Below are positions 50,974-61,119 of a stretch of 64,000 nt of DNA, piece after piece. The stretch is taken from NCBI GenBank assembly GCA_963555825.3, contig CAUVXB020000002.1:1312001-1376000 (forward strand), in the 5' to 3' direction. The notes below the pieces were generated by a model. That model saw nothing but the letters and a program-made list of their open reading frames with translations, ran no database searches and was not told the origin of the DNA. The translations under genes were made by a program, and so were the position numbers. Source of the DNA: Alphaproteobacteria bacterium (GTDB lineage: Bacteria; Pseudomonadota; Alphaproteobacteria; JAAXGF01). Within the stretch, counting starts at the first letter, position 1. Every line of letters starts with the position of its first letter.

Positions 50974-51201
50974 AGGGTCTTATCGGAGCGAAGCGCTTCG
51001 ACGCTTCTGCCAAACGGTCGGGCGCCGCATAGGCCGCTGACCTGTACGCCGTTTCCGCGACACAAGCGCGGCAGGCACATATCTGAGAACGGCAGAGCAA
51101 TAATCCCCCACTGAAGCGGCCGGTCGATCCGGCTGCGGCGGACCAAAATGGGACCGCGTATAGCCTTCTGTCAGGGTTGCTCTGACTGGAAGGCGGGGGG
51201 G

Positions 51202-52701
51202 ATGTATCGGGTGGAGTTGTACGCACGGGTTCGGCGGGCGTGTCATGTCGAGGGGATGAGCACCCGCGAGGCCTCGCGGGTGTTTGGTGTAGACCGCAAG
51301 ACGGTCCGTAAGATGCTGTCGTTCTCGGTGCCGCCAGGGTATCGCCGAAGCGCGCCGCCGAGGCGGCCAAAGCTGGGTCCGTTCACGGGAATCATCGATC
51401 GGATCTTGGAAGACGATCGGACCAGCCACCGCAAGCAACGGCACACTGCGAAGCGCATCTTCGACCGCCTCCGGGACGAGTACGGTTTCACGGGCGGCTA
51501 CACCATCGTGAAGGACTACGTTCGTGAGCAGGGGCTTCGGTCGCGTGAGGTGTTCGTGCCACTCTCCCATTCCCCCGGTCACGCCCAGGCGGACTTCGGC
51601 GAAGCGATGGCGGTGATCGGCGGCGCGTTACGGAAGATCCACTTCCTTGCCTTCGACCTTCCCCACAGTGATGGTTGCTTTGTTGCGGCCTATCCGGCGG
51701 AGACGACCGAAGCATTCTGCGATGGCCACAACGCGGCGTTTGCCTTCTTCGGCGGCGTCCCCCGATCCATCCTGTACGACAACACCAAGCTGGCGGTTGC
51801 CCGGATCCTGGGCGATGGGAAGCGGCAGCGAACGCGCGTCTTCACGGAGCTTCAGTCCCACTATCTGTTCGAGGACAGGTTCGGCCGGCCGGGCAAGGGC
51901 AACGACAAGGGCAAGGTCGAGGGACTGGTCGGCTTCATCCGGCGGAACTTCCTGGTCCCCGTCCCGCGTGCCGAGAGCTTCGCGGCCCTCAACGATGCTC
52001 TCGCCGAACAGTGCCGCCGGCGCCAGGCGGCGCGGCTGCGGGGCCACAAGGAGACCATCGGCGAGCGTCTCGAGCGGGATCGTCAAGTTCTCTTGCCATT
52101 GCCGCCTGCTCCCTATGATGCCTGCGATAAGCGCCCTGGACGGGCGAGTTCGCTGTCGCTGGTGCGTTACCGCAGCAACGACTATTCCGTGCCCGTGGCC
52201 TACGGCCACCGTGAGGTGCTCATCCGGGGCTACGTCGATGAGGTGGTGATCAGCTGCGGGGCCGAGGTGATCGCCCGGCACCGCCGGTCCTACGACAGCG
52301 AGGACCTGATCTTCGACCCGCTGCATTACCTGCCCTTGATCGAGCAGAAGATCGGCGCCCTCGACCAGGCCGCGCCATTGGCGGGCTGGGACCTGCCCGA
52401 GGCCTTCATCACTCTGCGGCGGCTCCTCGAAGCTCGTATGGGCAAGGCAGGCAAGCGCGAGTACGTCCAGGTGCTCCGTCTACTGGAGACCTTCCGGCTC
52501 GAGGAGGTCGAGGGTGCGGTCGGCGACGCCCTGCGGCTCGGCGCAATCGGCTTTGATGCGGTGAAGCACCTGGTACTGTGCCGCATCGAGCGGCGGCCGC
52601 CCAGGCTCAACCTCGACGTCTATCCGTATCTGCCGCGCGCCCGGGTCGCGATGACGTCCGCCAAGTCGTACATGAGCCTGCTGTCGGGGCTCGGCGCATG
52701 A
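51202..52701 (+). CDS. istA: IS21 transposase IstA
   Basis: AQADFG, ILYDN, KGKVE. Confidence 0.93.
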   Translation: MYRVELYARVRRACHVEGMSTREASRVFGVDRKTVRKMLSFSVPPGYRRSAPPRRPKLGPFTGIIDRILEDDRTSHRKQRHTAKRIFDRLRDEYGFTGGYTIVKDYVREQGLRSREVFVPLSHSPGHAQADFGEAMAVIGGALRKIHFLAFDLPHSDGCFVAAYPAETTEAFCDGHNAAFAFFGGVPRSILYDNTKLAVARILGDGKRQRTRVFTELQSHYLFEDRFGRPGKGNDKGKVEGLVGFIRRNFLVPVPRAESFAALNDALAEQCRRRQAARLRGHKETIGERLERDRQVLLPLPPAPYDACDKRPGRASSLSLVRYRSNDYSVPVAYGHREVLIRGYVDEVVISCGAEVIARHRRSYDSEDLIFDPLHYLPLIEQKIGALDQAAPLAGWDLPEAFITLRRLLEARMGKAGKREYVQVLRLLETFRLEEVEGAVGDALRLGAIGFDAVKHLVLCRIERRPPRLNLDVYPYLPRARVAMTSAKSYMSLLSGLGA

Positions 52702-53462
52702 CCGACACACCGCAAGTGCTGCTCGCCCACCACCTCAAGACGCTGAAGCTGCCGACCTTCCTGCGCGAGTACGACAAGATCGCCCGGCAGTGCGCCTCGG
52801 AAGGCGTCGATCACGTCCGCTACCTGTTGAGACTCGCCGAGCTCGAGCTGATCGACCGCGAGCGCCGCATGGTCGAGCGGCGCATCAAGGCGGCGCGCTT
52901 CCCCGTGGTCAAGAGCCTCGACAGCTTCGACTTCAAGGTCATCCCCTCGCTCAACAAGGCGCTGGTCCTGGAGCTGGCCCGCTGCGAGTACATCGAGCGC
53001 CGCGAGAACCTCATCGCGCTCGGCAACAGTGGGACCGGCAAGACCCACATCGCCCTCGGTCTCGGCCTGGCGGCCTGCCAGAAGGGCCTCTCGGTCGGCT
53101 TCATCACCGCCGCCGCGCTGGTCCACGAACTCATCGAGGCCCGCGATGACAAGCAGCTGCTGAGGTTCCAGAAGAAGCTCGCCACCTACAAGCTTCTGAT
53201 CGTCGACGAACTCGGCTTCGTGCCGCTGTCGAAGACCGGCGCCGAGCTGTTGTTCGAGGTGTTCAGCCAACGCTACGAGCGGGGCTCGACCCTGGTCACC
53301 ACCAATCTGCCCTTCGACGAATGGACCGAGGTGTTCGGCTCCGAGCGCCTCACCGGCGCGCTCCTCGATCGCCTCACCCACCACGTCAACATCCTCGAGA
53401 TGAACGGTGACAGCTACAGGCTCAACCAGAGCCGCAGGCGTCAAACCCCGACTGCTAACTGA
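52698..53462 (+). CDS. istB: IS21 helper ATPase IstB
   Basis: GNSGTGKTH, VDELG, LLDRLTHH, GDSYR. Confidence 0.95.
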   Translation: MTDTPQVLLAHHLKTLKLPTFLREYDKIARQCASEGVDHVRYLLRLAELELIDRERRMVERRIKAARFPVVKSLDSFDFKVIPSLNKALVLELARCEYIERRENLIALGNSGTGKTHIALGLGLAACQKGLSVGFITAAALVHELIEARDDKQLLRFQKKLATYKLLIVDELGFVPLSKTGAELLFEVFSQRYERGSTLVTTNLPFDEWTEVFGSERLTGALLDRLTHHVNILEMNGDSYRLNQSRRRQTPTAN

Positions 53463-53653
53463 ACCGACCACCCAGCCCACGCTTGACCCCGTGGGCCCAC
53501 AGGTCCCTCCCGCGCGCGCCGCCGCGTCAGCCTGTTGAGGGCACGCCGCGTCGCGCGCGGGGCCCTCCCGTGGACTACGGGGACAAGCCCGCAGCCGCCA
53601 AGCGGTCCCTTCTTACACCGCCGAGGTGGTCCCTTTTTGCTCCGCCATTGACA

Positions 53654-53714
53654 CAAACAACGGAATACACCTTAACCGCGCTGCCAAACTGTCCAACAAA
53701 GTGGGACCACCTCA
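53654..53714 (+). mobile_element. Probable remnant right end of another IS3-type element
   Basis: ...AAACTGTCCAACAAAGTGGGACCACCTCA resembles IS3 termini and cuts the adjacent ORF. Confidence 0.45.
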
Positions 53715-53975
53715 GTTGGCTTCGCCGTGCCAATAGACTTTGAATTGACCGCCATGGCGTTTTGTTAACAGTTGATCGAGTATCGAGTTTCGCGAATGGG
53801 TGTTGGTGAGTCGGAAGAAGACGATTCCCCCATAGTCGGGGGATGTTCCGAGAAGGTAGGAAAACAGCATGGACAGGGCCTGCTCGACGCTAGCATAGGC
53901 CTGGATTGCCCGAGCCCGCCAAACATGTAACTCTATGGCATTGGATGGCTGCTGGGTTAGATCAAGAGTTGTCAT
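53712..53975 (-). pseudogene. Truncated hypothetical protein (lower GC, probable IS1595 passenger)
   Basis: MTTLDL...AIQAYASVEQALS.LF..LL; the ORF ends at the IS-like end. Confidence 0.5.
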
Positions 53976-54120
53976 GACCAGACCTCCCGATAAGTCGACA
54001 ACCGAAGAAGTATCGTCCGTCCGCGAAGACGAGGTGCTCCGGCGGATGCTGAACACGCCGCCGAAGCTGCACAAGGATAAGCCGCAGGCACGGAAGCCTA
54101 TGAAACTCAGTCCCGAGTGA
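53974..54120 (+). CDS. Small basic protein of the type seen beside IS1595 elements
   Basis: REDEVLRRMLNTPPKLHK motif. Confidence 0.5.
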   Translation: MTRPPDKSTTEEVSSVREDEVLRRMLNTPPKLHKDKPQARKPMKLSPE

Positions 54121-54217
54121 GCCGCGCCCGGTCAGACTACCCCCAACAACCTACTTGCGTCTTGGTCCAGAACTCGGCAAGGTGTATCGCACCCGGTTCC
54201 TTGGACACAAGTTTGTC

Positions 54218-55129
54218 TCATGCGGCGGGCCTGAGTGACATCGCGGTGTGCCACGCCTGACGAGCTTGAGCGGGGCTCAGGTAGCCGTTCTTCTCCACGA
54301 TCCACTGGGCATTGTACTGTTCGACGAACCCGCGGACGGCGTTCCGCAGCTCCGCGATGTTGCGGTAGATGCGGCCATGGATGATCTGTTCCTTGAGCGT
54401 GCGATTGAACCTCTCGGCGACGCCGTTGGTCTGGGGCTGTTCGACGAAGGCGTAGGACGGCTGGATGCCCCAGAACTTGATCTGGTTGGTGAAGTGGTCC
54501 GACAGATACTGGGAGCCGTGATCCATCCGCAAGGCCAGCCCCCGCGCCGCACCGGCGGAGGTCGAGGCATACAGCCTCGCAAGCCCCATGGAGATCGGCT
54601 GAAGGGCGGCGAAGCGGTCGCCTCGCTTGCACACATGCCAGCCGACGCACTCGGCGTTCCAATGCTCGATGGCGGTGAATATCCAGCCCCAGCCGTCGTC
54701 CACCGTGAACACCCGAACGCCGTCCGTGCCCCACATGAGGTTGGGGGCATGGGTGATGATCTCACCGACATGGGGATTTCCGCCACGGCGGCGGCAGCGA
54801 TGGGGCGAGAGCAGGTTGTTCTCGCGCATCACCCGGAGCCCCCGCTTGCGGGAAACACGGATGCCACGACAGACCCGAAGCCGAGCCCAGACCTTGCGGT
54901 GTCCCTCGCCCTCCCAGGGGGATGCCTCCAGGTCGGCCTCGATGGCCACCAGCAGAGCCTCGTCCGAGATCGAGGGCTTCGGTCCCCGGCGCTTTGCTGG
55001 TGGGCGCTCAGCGGTGGCCTGCTGCCGGGATTTCATGGCGTAGAACGAGGAACGGGCAAAACCCCAGGCCGCACAGACCCGCTGGAGGCCGTAGGCCAAA
55101 CCCGTGCCGGGAGAGGTGGCGGCACTCAT
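54218..55129 (-). CDS. IS3-like transposase OrfB
   Basis: Identical protein to 22919..23830. Confidence 0.9.
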   Translation of the reverse strand: MSAATSPGTGLAYGLQRVCAAWGFARSSFYAMKSRQQATAERPPAKRRGPKPSISDEALLVAIEADLEASPWEGEGHRKVWARLRVCRGIRVSRKRGLRVMRENNLLSPHRCRRRGGNPHVGEIITHAPNLMWGTDGVRVFTVDDGWGWIFTAIEHWNAECVGWHVCKRGDRFAALQPISMGLARLYASTSAGAARGLALRMDHGSQYLSDHFTNQIKFWGIQPSYAFVEQPQTNGVAERFNRTLKEQIIHGRIYRNIAELRNAVRGFVEQYNAQWIVEKNGYLSPAQARQAWHTAMSLRPAA

Positions 55130-55557
55130 CGCCGCGACCTCCGCCGCCCCAAAGGGCCGGACGTCTCCGTCTTGGCCTCCAGCAGTTCCACCTGCATGAT
55201 CAACTCCCCGATCCGCTTCATGGCGATGTCCAGTTCCGCCTTCACCGGATCGCCCTTGCGTTCCTTGAGCGAGGCATCGATCCCGGCGATCGCCTTCTCA
55301 CGCCACTGCTCGAGCCGGAAAATCTCCACGCCCAACTGCCGCGACAAAAGTTCCACCGGCTCGCCACGCAAAAGCCGCAGGGCAACCTCACGCTTGCGCG
55401 TCACCGTCCACCGCTGGCCAAGTCCCAGCGGGCCTGCCGGCGAAACCTGGCCCGGGGAAAACGTGGACGAGCCAAGCTCGCCCTCGTTTACCACAGGCCC
55501 ATCAACAGCAACTTTGTTCTCAAAATTGTCGGTCATGTTCCGGTCCTCCTTGGACAC
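55126..55557 (-). CDS. IS3-like transposase OrfA
   Basis: Identical protein to 23827..24258. Confidence 0.85.
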   Translation of the reverse strand: MSKEDRNMTDNFENKVAVDGPVVNEGELGSSTFSPGQVSPAGPLGLGQRWTVTRKREVALRLLRGEPVELLSRQLGVEIFRLEQWREKAIAGIDASLKERKGDPVKAELDIAMKRIGELIMQVELLEAKTETSGPLGRRRSRR

Positions 55558-55646
55558 TTCGATTAAGCCAATTCTGTGTCCAAGGAAATCGGGTCCGACT
55601 CAAGAACTCGGCAAGGTACGGTGTCTGAACTTCGGAGTTGGGTCGT

Positions 55647-56036
55647 ATGGGGGTGGGCGGAAAATCCGGGGCGTCGGCTGCACAACAGCGCCCGCAGGAC
55701 ATTGAATTCCACTACATAAAGAGCAATCTATTCCGTGCTATTCATGCGGACGGCGCGTATGGCGGTGTCACCGCGCGAGGATACATCCATTTGAGCTTCA
55801 ACAACGAGCGCCGCGCCATTCCCAGGCGCACTATCCTATCTTTGGATGCGGAAACGCAAACGTCACGAGAAACAGTCATTGAAACGCGTGAGGGGGTAGT
55901 TCGAGAGCTTGAAGTTGATGTTCTTATGGATGAGGTGTCGACGGCGGAGTTGATCGATTGGCTCAAGGCCAAGCTCGATCAACTGCGCGCTGTGAAGAAA
56001 CTTTCCAGAGAGTTGCAGGGACAAAAGGAAGAATGA
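55647..56036 (+). CDS. Hypothetical protein (lower GC)
   Basis: Protein-like composition (IEFHYIKSNLFRAIHADGAYGG...ERRAIP); ATGA overlap with the next ORF. Confidence 0.65.
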   Translation: MGVGGKSGASAAQQRPQDIEFHYIKSNLFRAIHADGAYGGVTARGYIHLSFNNERRAIPRRTILSLDAETQTSRETVIETREGVVRELEVDVLMDEVSTAELIDWLKAKLDQLRAVKKLSRELQGQKEE

Positions 56037-56425
56037 CCGACCGACAGGAAATATCGCCAACCGGTTCAGGCGACGCAATTTGGTGGGATTTACCTGGGCT
56101 TGGCCCATCTTCTCGCGGCGCAACGCGTCAGTATGAGGGCGAATCACACGCAGAGGAACCAACCGCCGCCACTCGCCCAGCTGATTACCCGCGGTATTTG
56201 CCGGCATTGGTGATTATGGCGGCGGCTGTATCGCTAAGTGGGTTTGTGCTATCCATAGTGAGCGGCGCAATTTGGCCTGTGGCGATGTTGGTAGTAGGCC
56301 TATTGATGCTTTGGCTCTTGGCGCTGTCCGCACGGCGAGCAGTAGCTCGCGCGCGCTGGCGCGTTGATCTTGACGTTTGGCAGGGAATACATTGGACGGG
56401 TGTGGGTCTGGTATGGAAAATCTAA
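56033..56425 (+). pseudogene. Membrane hypothetical protein interrupted by ISKra4
   Basis: Two TM segments; runs into the IS end at 56398; a hydrophobic ORF follows the IS at 58054-58281 in a different frame. Confidence 0.45.
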
Positions 56426-58051
56426 GTCATTGATTTAGTGCGTTTTTTGTATCGAGACGAACGGCCGAAATCGGCTATTCGTGACAATGGGCCGCTCCAA
56501 GGCAGGATTTTGTCACGACGGCAGGGTCGAGCAGGGGAAGGTGGGAACGCTCCGCACCGCCAGAAGCGGTACGATGCCGTGTCTCGAAACCCAACATCGG
56601 GAGCATTCCCATGGCAGTATCCCCGCCTCCGGCGCCTTCGTCCATCGATCTTTCCGGCCTGCCTCCTCGGGTCGTCGAGGCGGCCGCCCGGGTGCTCGCA
56701 CTGTGTCGCGAGGAGCTTCGTTCCGAGCCGCGCCCCGAGGCGCCCGAGGAGGTCGAGTTGCGGGTGCGTGAGGCCACGAACGAGTTCGCTCGCGATGTCA
56801 TGGGCGCCGTCATCGAGAACCGGGACGATGGCGCTTCCCGGATCGAGCGGGACGGGCAGAGCTGGTTCCGGGTCGCGGTGACGCCGAAGACGATCATGAC
56901 CTCGCTCGGTCCGGTGACCTACCGGCGAGCGCGTTACCGCAGCGGCGCGAGCGGGGCATCGCCGGTGCCGGTCGACGAGAGCCTGGGCCTCGTCGACGAT
57001 TACCTGACGCGGCCGGCGGCCGAGCTCGGTCTGCTGATGATGGGTCACTGCACGGCCCGGGAAGCGGCGGCGTTCTTTGCGAAGACCGGCGCCATGACGC
57101 CGTCGGTGAGCACCCTGCAGCGCCTGACCCTGAGCATGCACGAATGCTGGGAGAGCCTCGGCCCGGAGACGCTGGGCAGCATCCGTGAGGCCGAGGGCAT
57201 ACCGCAGGACGCGACCACCGCCTCGGTCTCCCTCGACGGCGTCATGGTGCCGCTGAGACCCGGCGAGGACGGTCGCGCCAAGGCCTCCTGGCGCGAGGCT
57301 GCCTGCGGCACGGTCTCCTTCCACGACGCCGAGGGCAAGCGCCTGAAGACCCTCTATCTCGGCCGCATGCCGGAGAGCGGCAAGCTCACGCTGAAGGCGC
57401 AGCTTGCAAGCGAAGTCGCACACATCAGGCGAGCACGCCCCGAGATCGGGATCGTCGCTATCGCCGATGGCGCCGCCGACAACTGGACCTTCCTGGAGAC
57501 CCTGTCGCCCGAAACCGAGGTGATCGACTTCTGGCATGCTTGCGAACATCTGCAAACCGCGTCCGACCATGCCGTGGCGCCCGGCTGGTTCGAGAAGTAC
57601 CGCGAGATCCTCCGTCACGATCCCCGTGGCGTCGCCAAGGTGATCCGGGCGCTGCGCCACCTTCGCGATGCCGCCGCTGCGCCGGACCGGGCCGAGACCG
57701 AGCGGGAACTCGCCTTCTTCCGCAAGCATCGCCATCGCATGCGCTACCACGCCCTGAAGGAAGAGGGCATCGCCATCGGCTCAGGCGTGGTCGAAGCTGC
57801 CAACAAGACCCTGGTGACACAGCGCATGAAGCGCTCCGGCATGCGCTGGCGGATCGTCGGCGGACAGGCTGTTCTGACCTTCCGCGCCCTGATCAAATCC
57901 GGCCGCTTCGAGCGGGCATGGAAGGCCCTGATCAGCGCAACCGACACACCGGCCAACGACAACATCAGTCCACGTGCAGCAGCCATGGCAATCGCTGCCT
58001 GAACTCAACGAACCAAGCCGCAGACATCACTGCCATGCGAGACTCGCACCC
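56398..58051 (+). mobile_element. ISKra4-family element
   Basis: TIR GGGTGTGGGTCTGGTATGG / CCATGCGAGACTCGCACCC; 8-bp TSD CATTGGAC. Confidence 0.88.
56611..58002 (+). CDS. ISKra4-family transposase
   Basis: SLDG, IADGA, DFWHACEHL, IGSGVVEAANK...RMKRSGMRW. Confidence 0.9.
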   Translation: MAVSPPPAPSSIDLSGLPPRVVEAAARVLALCREELRSEPRPEAPEEVELRVREATNEFARDVMGAVIENRDDGASRIERDGQSWFRVAVTPKTIMTSLGPVTYRRARYRSGASGASPVPVDESLGLVDDYLTRPAAELGLLMMGHCTAREAAAFFAKTGAMTPSVSTLQRLTLSMHECWESLGPETLGSIREAEGIPQDATTASVSLDGVMVPLRPGEDGRAKASWREAACGTVSFHDAEGKRLKTLYLGRMPESGKLTLKAQLASEVAHIRRARPEIGIVAIADGAADNWTFLETLSPETEVIDFWHACEHLQTASDHAVAPGWFEKYREILRHDPRGVAKVIRALRHLRDAAAAPDRAETERELAFFRKHRHRMRYHALKEEGIAIGSGVVEAANKTLVTQRMKRSGMRWRIVGGQAVLTFRALIKSGRFERAWKALISATDTPANDNISPRAAAMAIAA

Positions 58052-58360
58052 CATTGGACCCCGACGACATCATCAAGCTCGCCTCTTCCAGTGGGCCGTA
58101 CGTCGCCGACAGCCTGATTGTCTCGTTGGGCGTTCTCGTTGGTCGCAGCGCGCCGGTCGTCTTGGATGAATTCCAGGTGTTATGGGCGGTCATTGCCACC
58201 CTTGCGGTGGCGCTTGGCTTGTATCGCATCTTAGTGCGCGGCAGCAAGGGCGGCTCGTCCGGTATCAGTGTTCTTGCCTGACTGGAATCAGCCCCTATTG
58301 GAATCTTTCACGTAAGCCAGCCAGCGGATCAGGCGTAGCGTCGCTTGGCGCTTCTGGGCG

Positions 58361-59275
58361 TCACGCCCCTGCGTGAGTCCGCCGATATGTCAGGCGCTTG
58401 CCGGTGATACCGCGTAGCGCCTCTGTGGCGCGTTCGGCGTCCATCACGTCGCGCGTGTTGTAGCGGAAGTCGAACTCGCCGAGATAGCGCTTGAGGTGCT
58501 TCTGGCTGACGTGCTGGTACACGCCATTGATGCCGCGCTTCATGATCTAAAAATAGTTCTCGACGGTGTTGGTGTGCCAGAACTTGCCGCGCACATACTC
58601 GTTAATCGAGTGATTGACGTGACCGTGGCCCGCGAACTCGCGCCCGACCTTGATGTACTGGCCGGCTTCATCCGTCATCAGGTATGACTTGCGGTCGATC
58701 TGGGTAACGAGGATGGGGCGTAGCGTCTTGGCGTTGACGCCAGGGACGTGGAACGAATGAACGCGACCCTCGCGCTCGACCAGTGCGAACACGGCCTCTT
58801 TCTTGGGCGGGGGTCCATAGGCGCTGTTCCTGGCCTTGCCGCCGACGAACGTCTCATCGGCCTCGACAACCTTGTTCTCGCCACCGACAGGGCCGGACAG
58901 GTCGGGGTTGTCGCGCATGGCTTCACGAATGCGATGCGCCATGAACCACGCGGTCTTGTACGTGACGCCCAGCATCCTATGAAGCTGGTGCGCCGACATG
59001 CCTTTCTTGCTCGCACAGATCAGGTGATTGGCGAGCAGCCACTTATGAAGCGGAACCTTGGAACGCTCGAACAACGTGCCGACAGTCACGGTGAACTGCT
59101 TGCGGCAGTCGGCGCAGAACCACAGACCGGGACGTGCCGACTTGCCCTTGATGCGATGCGCGTTATCAATGACGCCGCAGTGCGGGCAGATCGGGCCGTC
59201 AGGCCAGCGAATAGCCTCTAGATGCTTGCGAGCGGCGTTGACGTCGTTGAAGCGTTTGGCGGTTATGTCGTACAT
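58361..59275 (-). pseudogene. IS1595-family transposase with an in-frame TAG at 58547-58549
   Basis: CPHC..C..C Zn ribbon, VEADET, MTDE, VNHS, HTNTVENYF*IMKRG, YL.EFDFRYN; terminal GGCGACTATATAC at 59338. Confidence 0.9.
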
Positions 59276-59338
59276 GGCGCATCTCCTTGCTATCTATAAG
59301 GTAATGCGTCCTGTGCGTTTGTCAAGTATATAGTCGCC

Positions 59339-60421
59339 CTTGGTAGGGCGCGACAGGTTGGTGACGATGAAACCGACACGGGGAACCAGGTCGCCGGGGT
59401 GCCACTCCACTTTGGCCACGACACGGCGCTTCTTGTTCCACGATCCGGCCTGATAGCTGAAGCTGGCGTGGAAACGGCGAACATGGTCGGGCGGGCGACC
59501 GACAGGTCGCGTAAGCAGATGGGCAATGTTCCGCTGGAGAATCACGTTCGCTTTGAGGCGGATGACGTAGAGTAATCCCTCAGCTTCGAGATATTCGTAT
59601 ATCTCCGGTGAGGCGAAGGCGGCATCGCCACGAAAATACAGCCGCAGCTTCCTTTCCTTATAGCGCATCACCACCGGCTCCAGAACATTCCGCCACCGTC
59701 GGCACTGTGAACATTACCGGGGCGCAGGGAACATCTCTCCAAGTCGCCGAACTGGTTGAACACGAACAGCGGATGATAGCAGGAACACCCGAAGTGCCCG
59801 TTGTAGGCCGTGCCCTCCTGATCGCCATGGGTCGGGCTGACGGAGCTATCCATGTCGAGAATGATCATATTCGGCGGATGGCGGTCATGAACCTTGTCGA
59901 TCCACACCCCGTTCATGTCGGCCAAGGCTTCAACGTTCTCGTCGGTGGCCAATAGCTCCGTCTCGAAGCGTCCCATCTGGCTGGTGGAAGCGGCCTGTCT
60001 TTCGATGGCCTTGCCGCCGACAATCCAGCGCATGGCGGGATCACGACCCAGACGATCGGCATCGTTCACATCGTCATAGCCGCCAAGACGGCCAAAGACG
60101 GACTGAAGGAACTGCTCCGTTATGCCGTGCCATCCGTTCTTGCCGGTACGGCTGTCGTGGAAAACACCCTCGGCCATCTCAGTCAGGCCGAGGGCATCGT
60201 CAAGCTCCCGGTAGGCGAGCAACCCGGCATCAGAGGTGATCTTGGAACCGTGGAATTCAAGCTTCAAGCGACGGTCAAAAACGACCCGAAGGCACCCCTG
60301 TTTCGATTCACCCATCGGGTGTGCCATATCCGCCGCTCCATGCATGCTACAACTTCATGATTCTTATAGCAGAATAGCCTTCTCGCCGCACTGAATATCG
60401 ACGCTACTTGGGAAATGCGGG
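59339..60421 (-). mobile_element. IS1380-family element, 5' part only (frameshifted near 59690, truncated by IS1595)
   Basis: ITSDAGLL, LDMDS, YHPL, RGDAAF; end resembling CCCGCATTTCCC near 60421. Confidence 0.85.
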
Positions 60422-60475
60422 ATGAAGATGTTACCGAGTTCTCAATGCCTCGAAAGTCCGCTTCGGGTCCAGACT

Positions 60476-61084
60476 GTTCTCTAACTCGGGGGTTGGTTGT
60501 CAAGCTCTCCGTGACGTACCTGCCGGGTTCACTGTTCTCTCCGCGGTAGGGGCTCGGCCCTCCGCATGATGGCGTTGGAGGACGTTGGCGGATCAATGTG
60601 TGAAGCGCGCTTGCCTCGGTGAGGCATCGCAAAGCCTGGATCGATCTCGCCGACGCCGCCGTCCCGACAGGGACATCGGTTCTCTAACTCGGGGGTTGGT
60701 TGTCAAGCTCTCCGTGACGTACCTGCCGGGTTCACTGTTCTCTCCGCGGTAGGGGCTCGGCCCTCCGCATGATGGCGTTGGAGGACGTTGGCGGATCAAT
60801 GTGTGAAGCGCGCTTGCCTCGGTGAGGCATCGCAAAGCCTGGATCGATCTCGCCGACGCCGCCGTCCCGACAGGGACATCGGTTCTCTAACTCGGGGGTT
60901 GGTTGTCAAGCTCTCCGTGACGTACCTGCCGGGTTCACTGTTCTCTCCGCGGTAGGGGCTCGGCCCTCCGCATGATGGCGTTGGAGGACGTTGGCGGATC
61001 AATGTGTGAAGCGCGCTTGCCTCGGTGAGGCATCGCAAAGCCTGGATCGATCTCGCCGACGCCGCCGTCCCGACAGGGACATCG
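60476..61084 (-). repeat. Three identical 203-bp tandem copies of the IS110 3' non-coding region
   Basis: Units start at 60476, 60679 and 60882; GTTC microhomology at the junctions. Confidence 0.95.
60882..61084 (-). ncRNA. Putative bridge/seek RNA of IS110 (also copies at 60476 and 60679)
   Basis: Loop segments match the target (CCAGGCT, TTCACACA) and the donor junction (ACGCCAT, AGAGAACA). Confidence 0.75.
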
Positions 61085-61119
61085 GTTCCGCTCTCGCGGA
61101 ATGCTTGGACGTTGTTTCC

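Larger units (their letters stand above)
51084..53653 (+). mobile_element. IS21-family element
   Basis: istA-istB pair; ends TGAGAACGGCAGAGCAA / TTGCTCCGCCATTGACA with internal GGGACC repeats; no TSD visible. Confidence 0.9.
54183..55602 (-). mobile_element. IS3-like element, copy 3, with a 14-bp direct repeat
   Basis: Same sequence as copies 1 and 2; flanked by AGAACTCGGCAAGG (54169-54182 and 55603-55616). Confidence 0.93.

Noticed and set aside
60476-61084. CRISPR-like array, or coding repeats (80-128 aa ORFs)
   Set aside because: The units are 203 bp and identical with no spacers; the ORFs are incidental frames over the IS110 non-coding end.
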